DNA of 64,000 nt from Octopus sinensis. Its lineage: Eukaryota. The DNA lies in NCBI RefSeq assembly GCF_006345805.1, contig NC_042999.1, forward strand, positions 114,886,001 to 114,950,000. Direction: 5' to 3'. Below the pieces are notes generated by a model that had not been told where the DNA came from, made no database searches, and saw only the letters and a program-made list of their open reading frames with translations. Shown here in pieces: positions 63,861 through 64,000 of this stretch; the first letter of the stretch is position 1; the number at the start of each line of letters is the position of its first letter. Both the position numbers and the translations under genes were made by a program.

Positions 63861-64000
63861 GTTTGTCAGTTTGTCTGTGTCGAACTGTATCGAGTTAATT
63901 ACAAAATCAGCTAGATTTAGTAGAAGATCAAGCTGTCTGAATAATTATCCAAAACCTATTCAACCGTACTACATACAAGAGTGTATAAACGACATAAAAG

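Overview
AT-rich eukaryotic non-genic (intergenic or deep intronic) DNA, most likely from an octopus or other coleoid cephalopod. That assignment comes from my recognition of the SINE families and the very high microsatellite load, not from a database search. I found no supportable host protein-coding exon, tRNA or rRNA gene, or CRISPR array. Most ORFs in the track are translations of simple repeats. The window is a mosaic of: tRNA-derived SINEs (three families); CR1-clade, RTE and R4/Dong LINE remnants; Tc1/mariner copies (one DD34D-type and one DD37D with both TIRs, plus fragments); non-autonomous Helitrons; long foldback MITE-like elements; simple repeats; and one 100-N gap. Main hidden signals: (1) several minimal Type I hammerhead ribozyme motifs from at least four unrelated short non-coding Penelope-like repeat families, four complete with intact cores and all with palindromic stem III loops; (2) a 3.3 kb CR1 whose ORF2 is broken only by six 1-bp deletions, each compatible with a shortened base run, so it may be intact in the real genome; (3) a SINE and CR1 sharing a covarying 3' stem-loop; (4) a TSD-flanked SINE concatemer; (5) an RTE tail with three C2H2-type fingers. 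Coordinates of degraded repeats are approximate.
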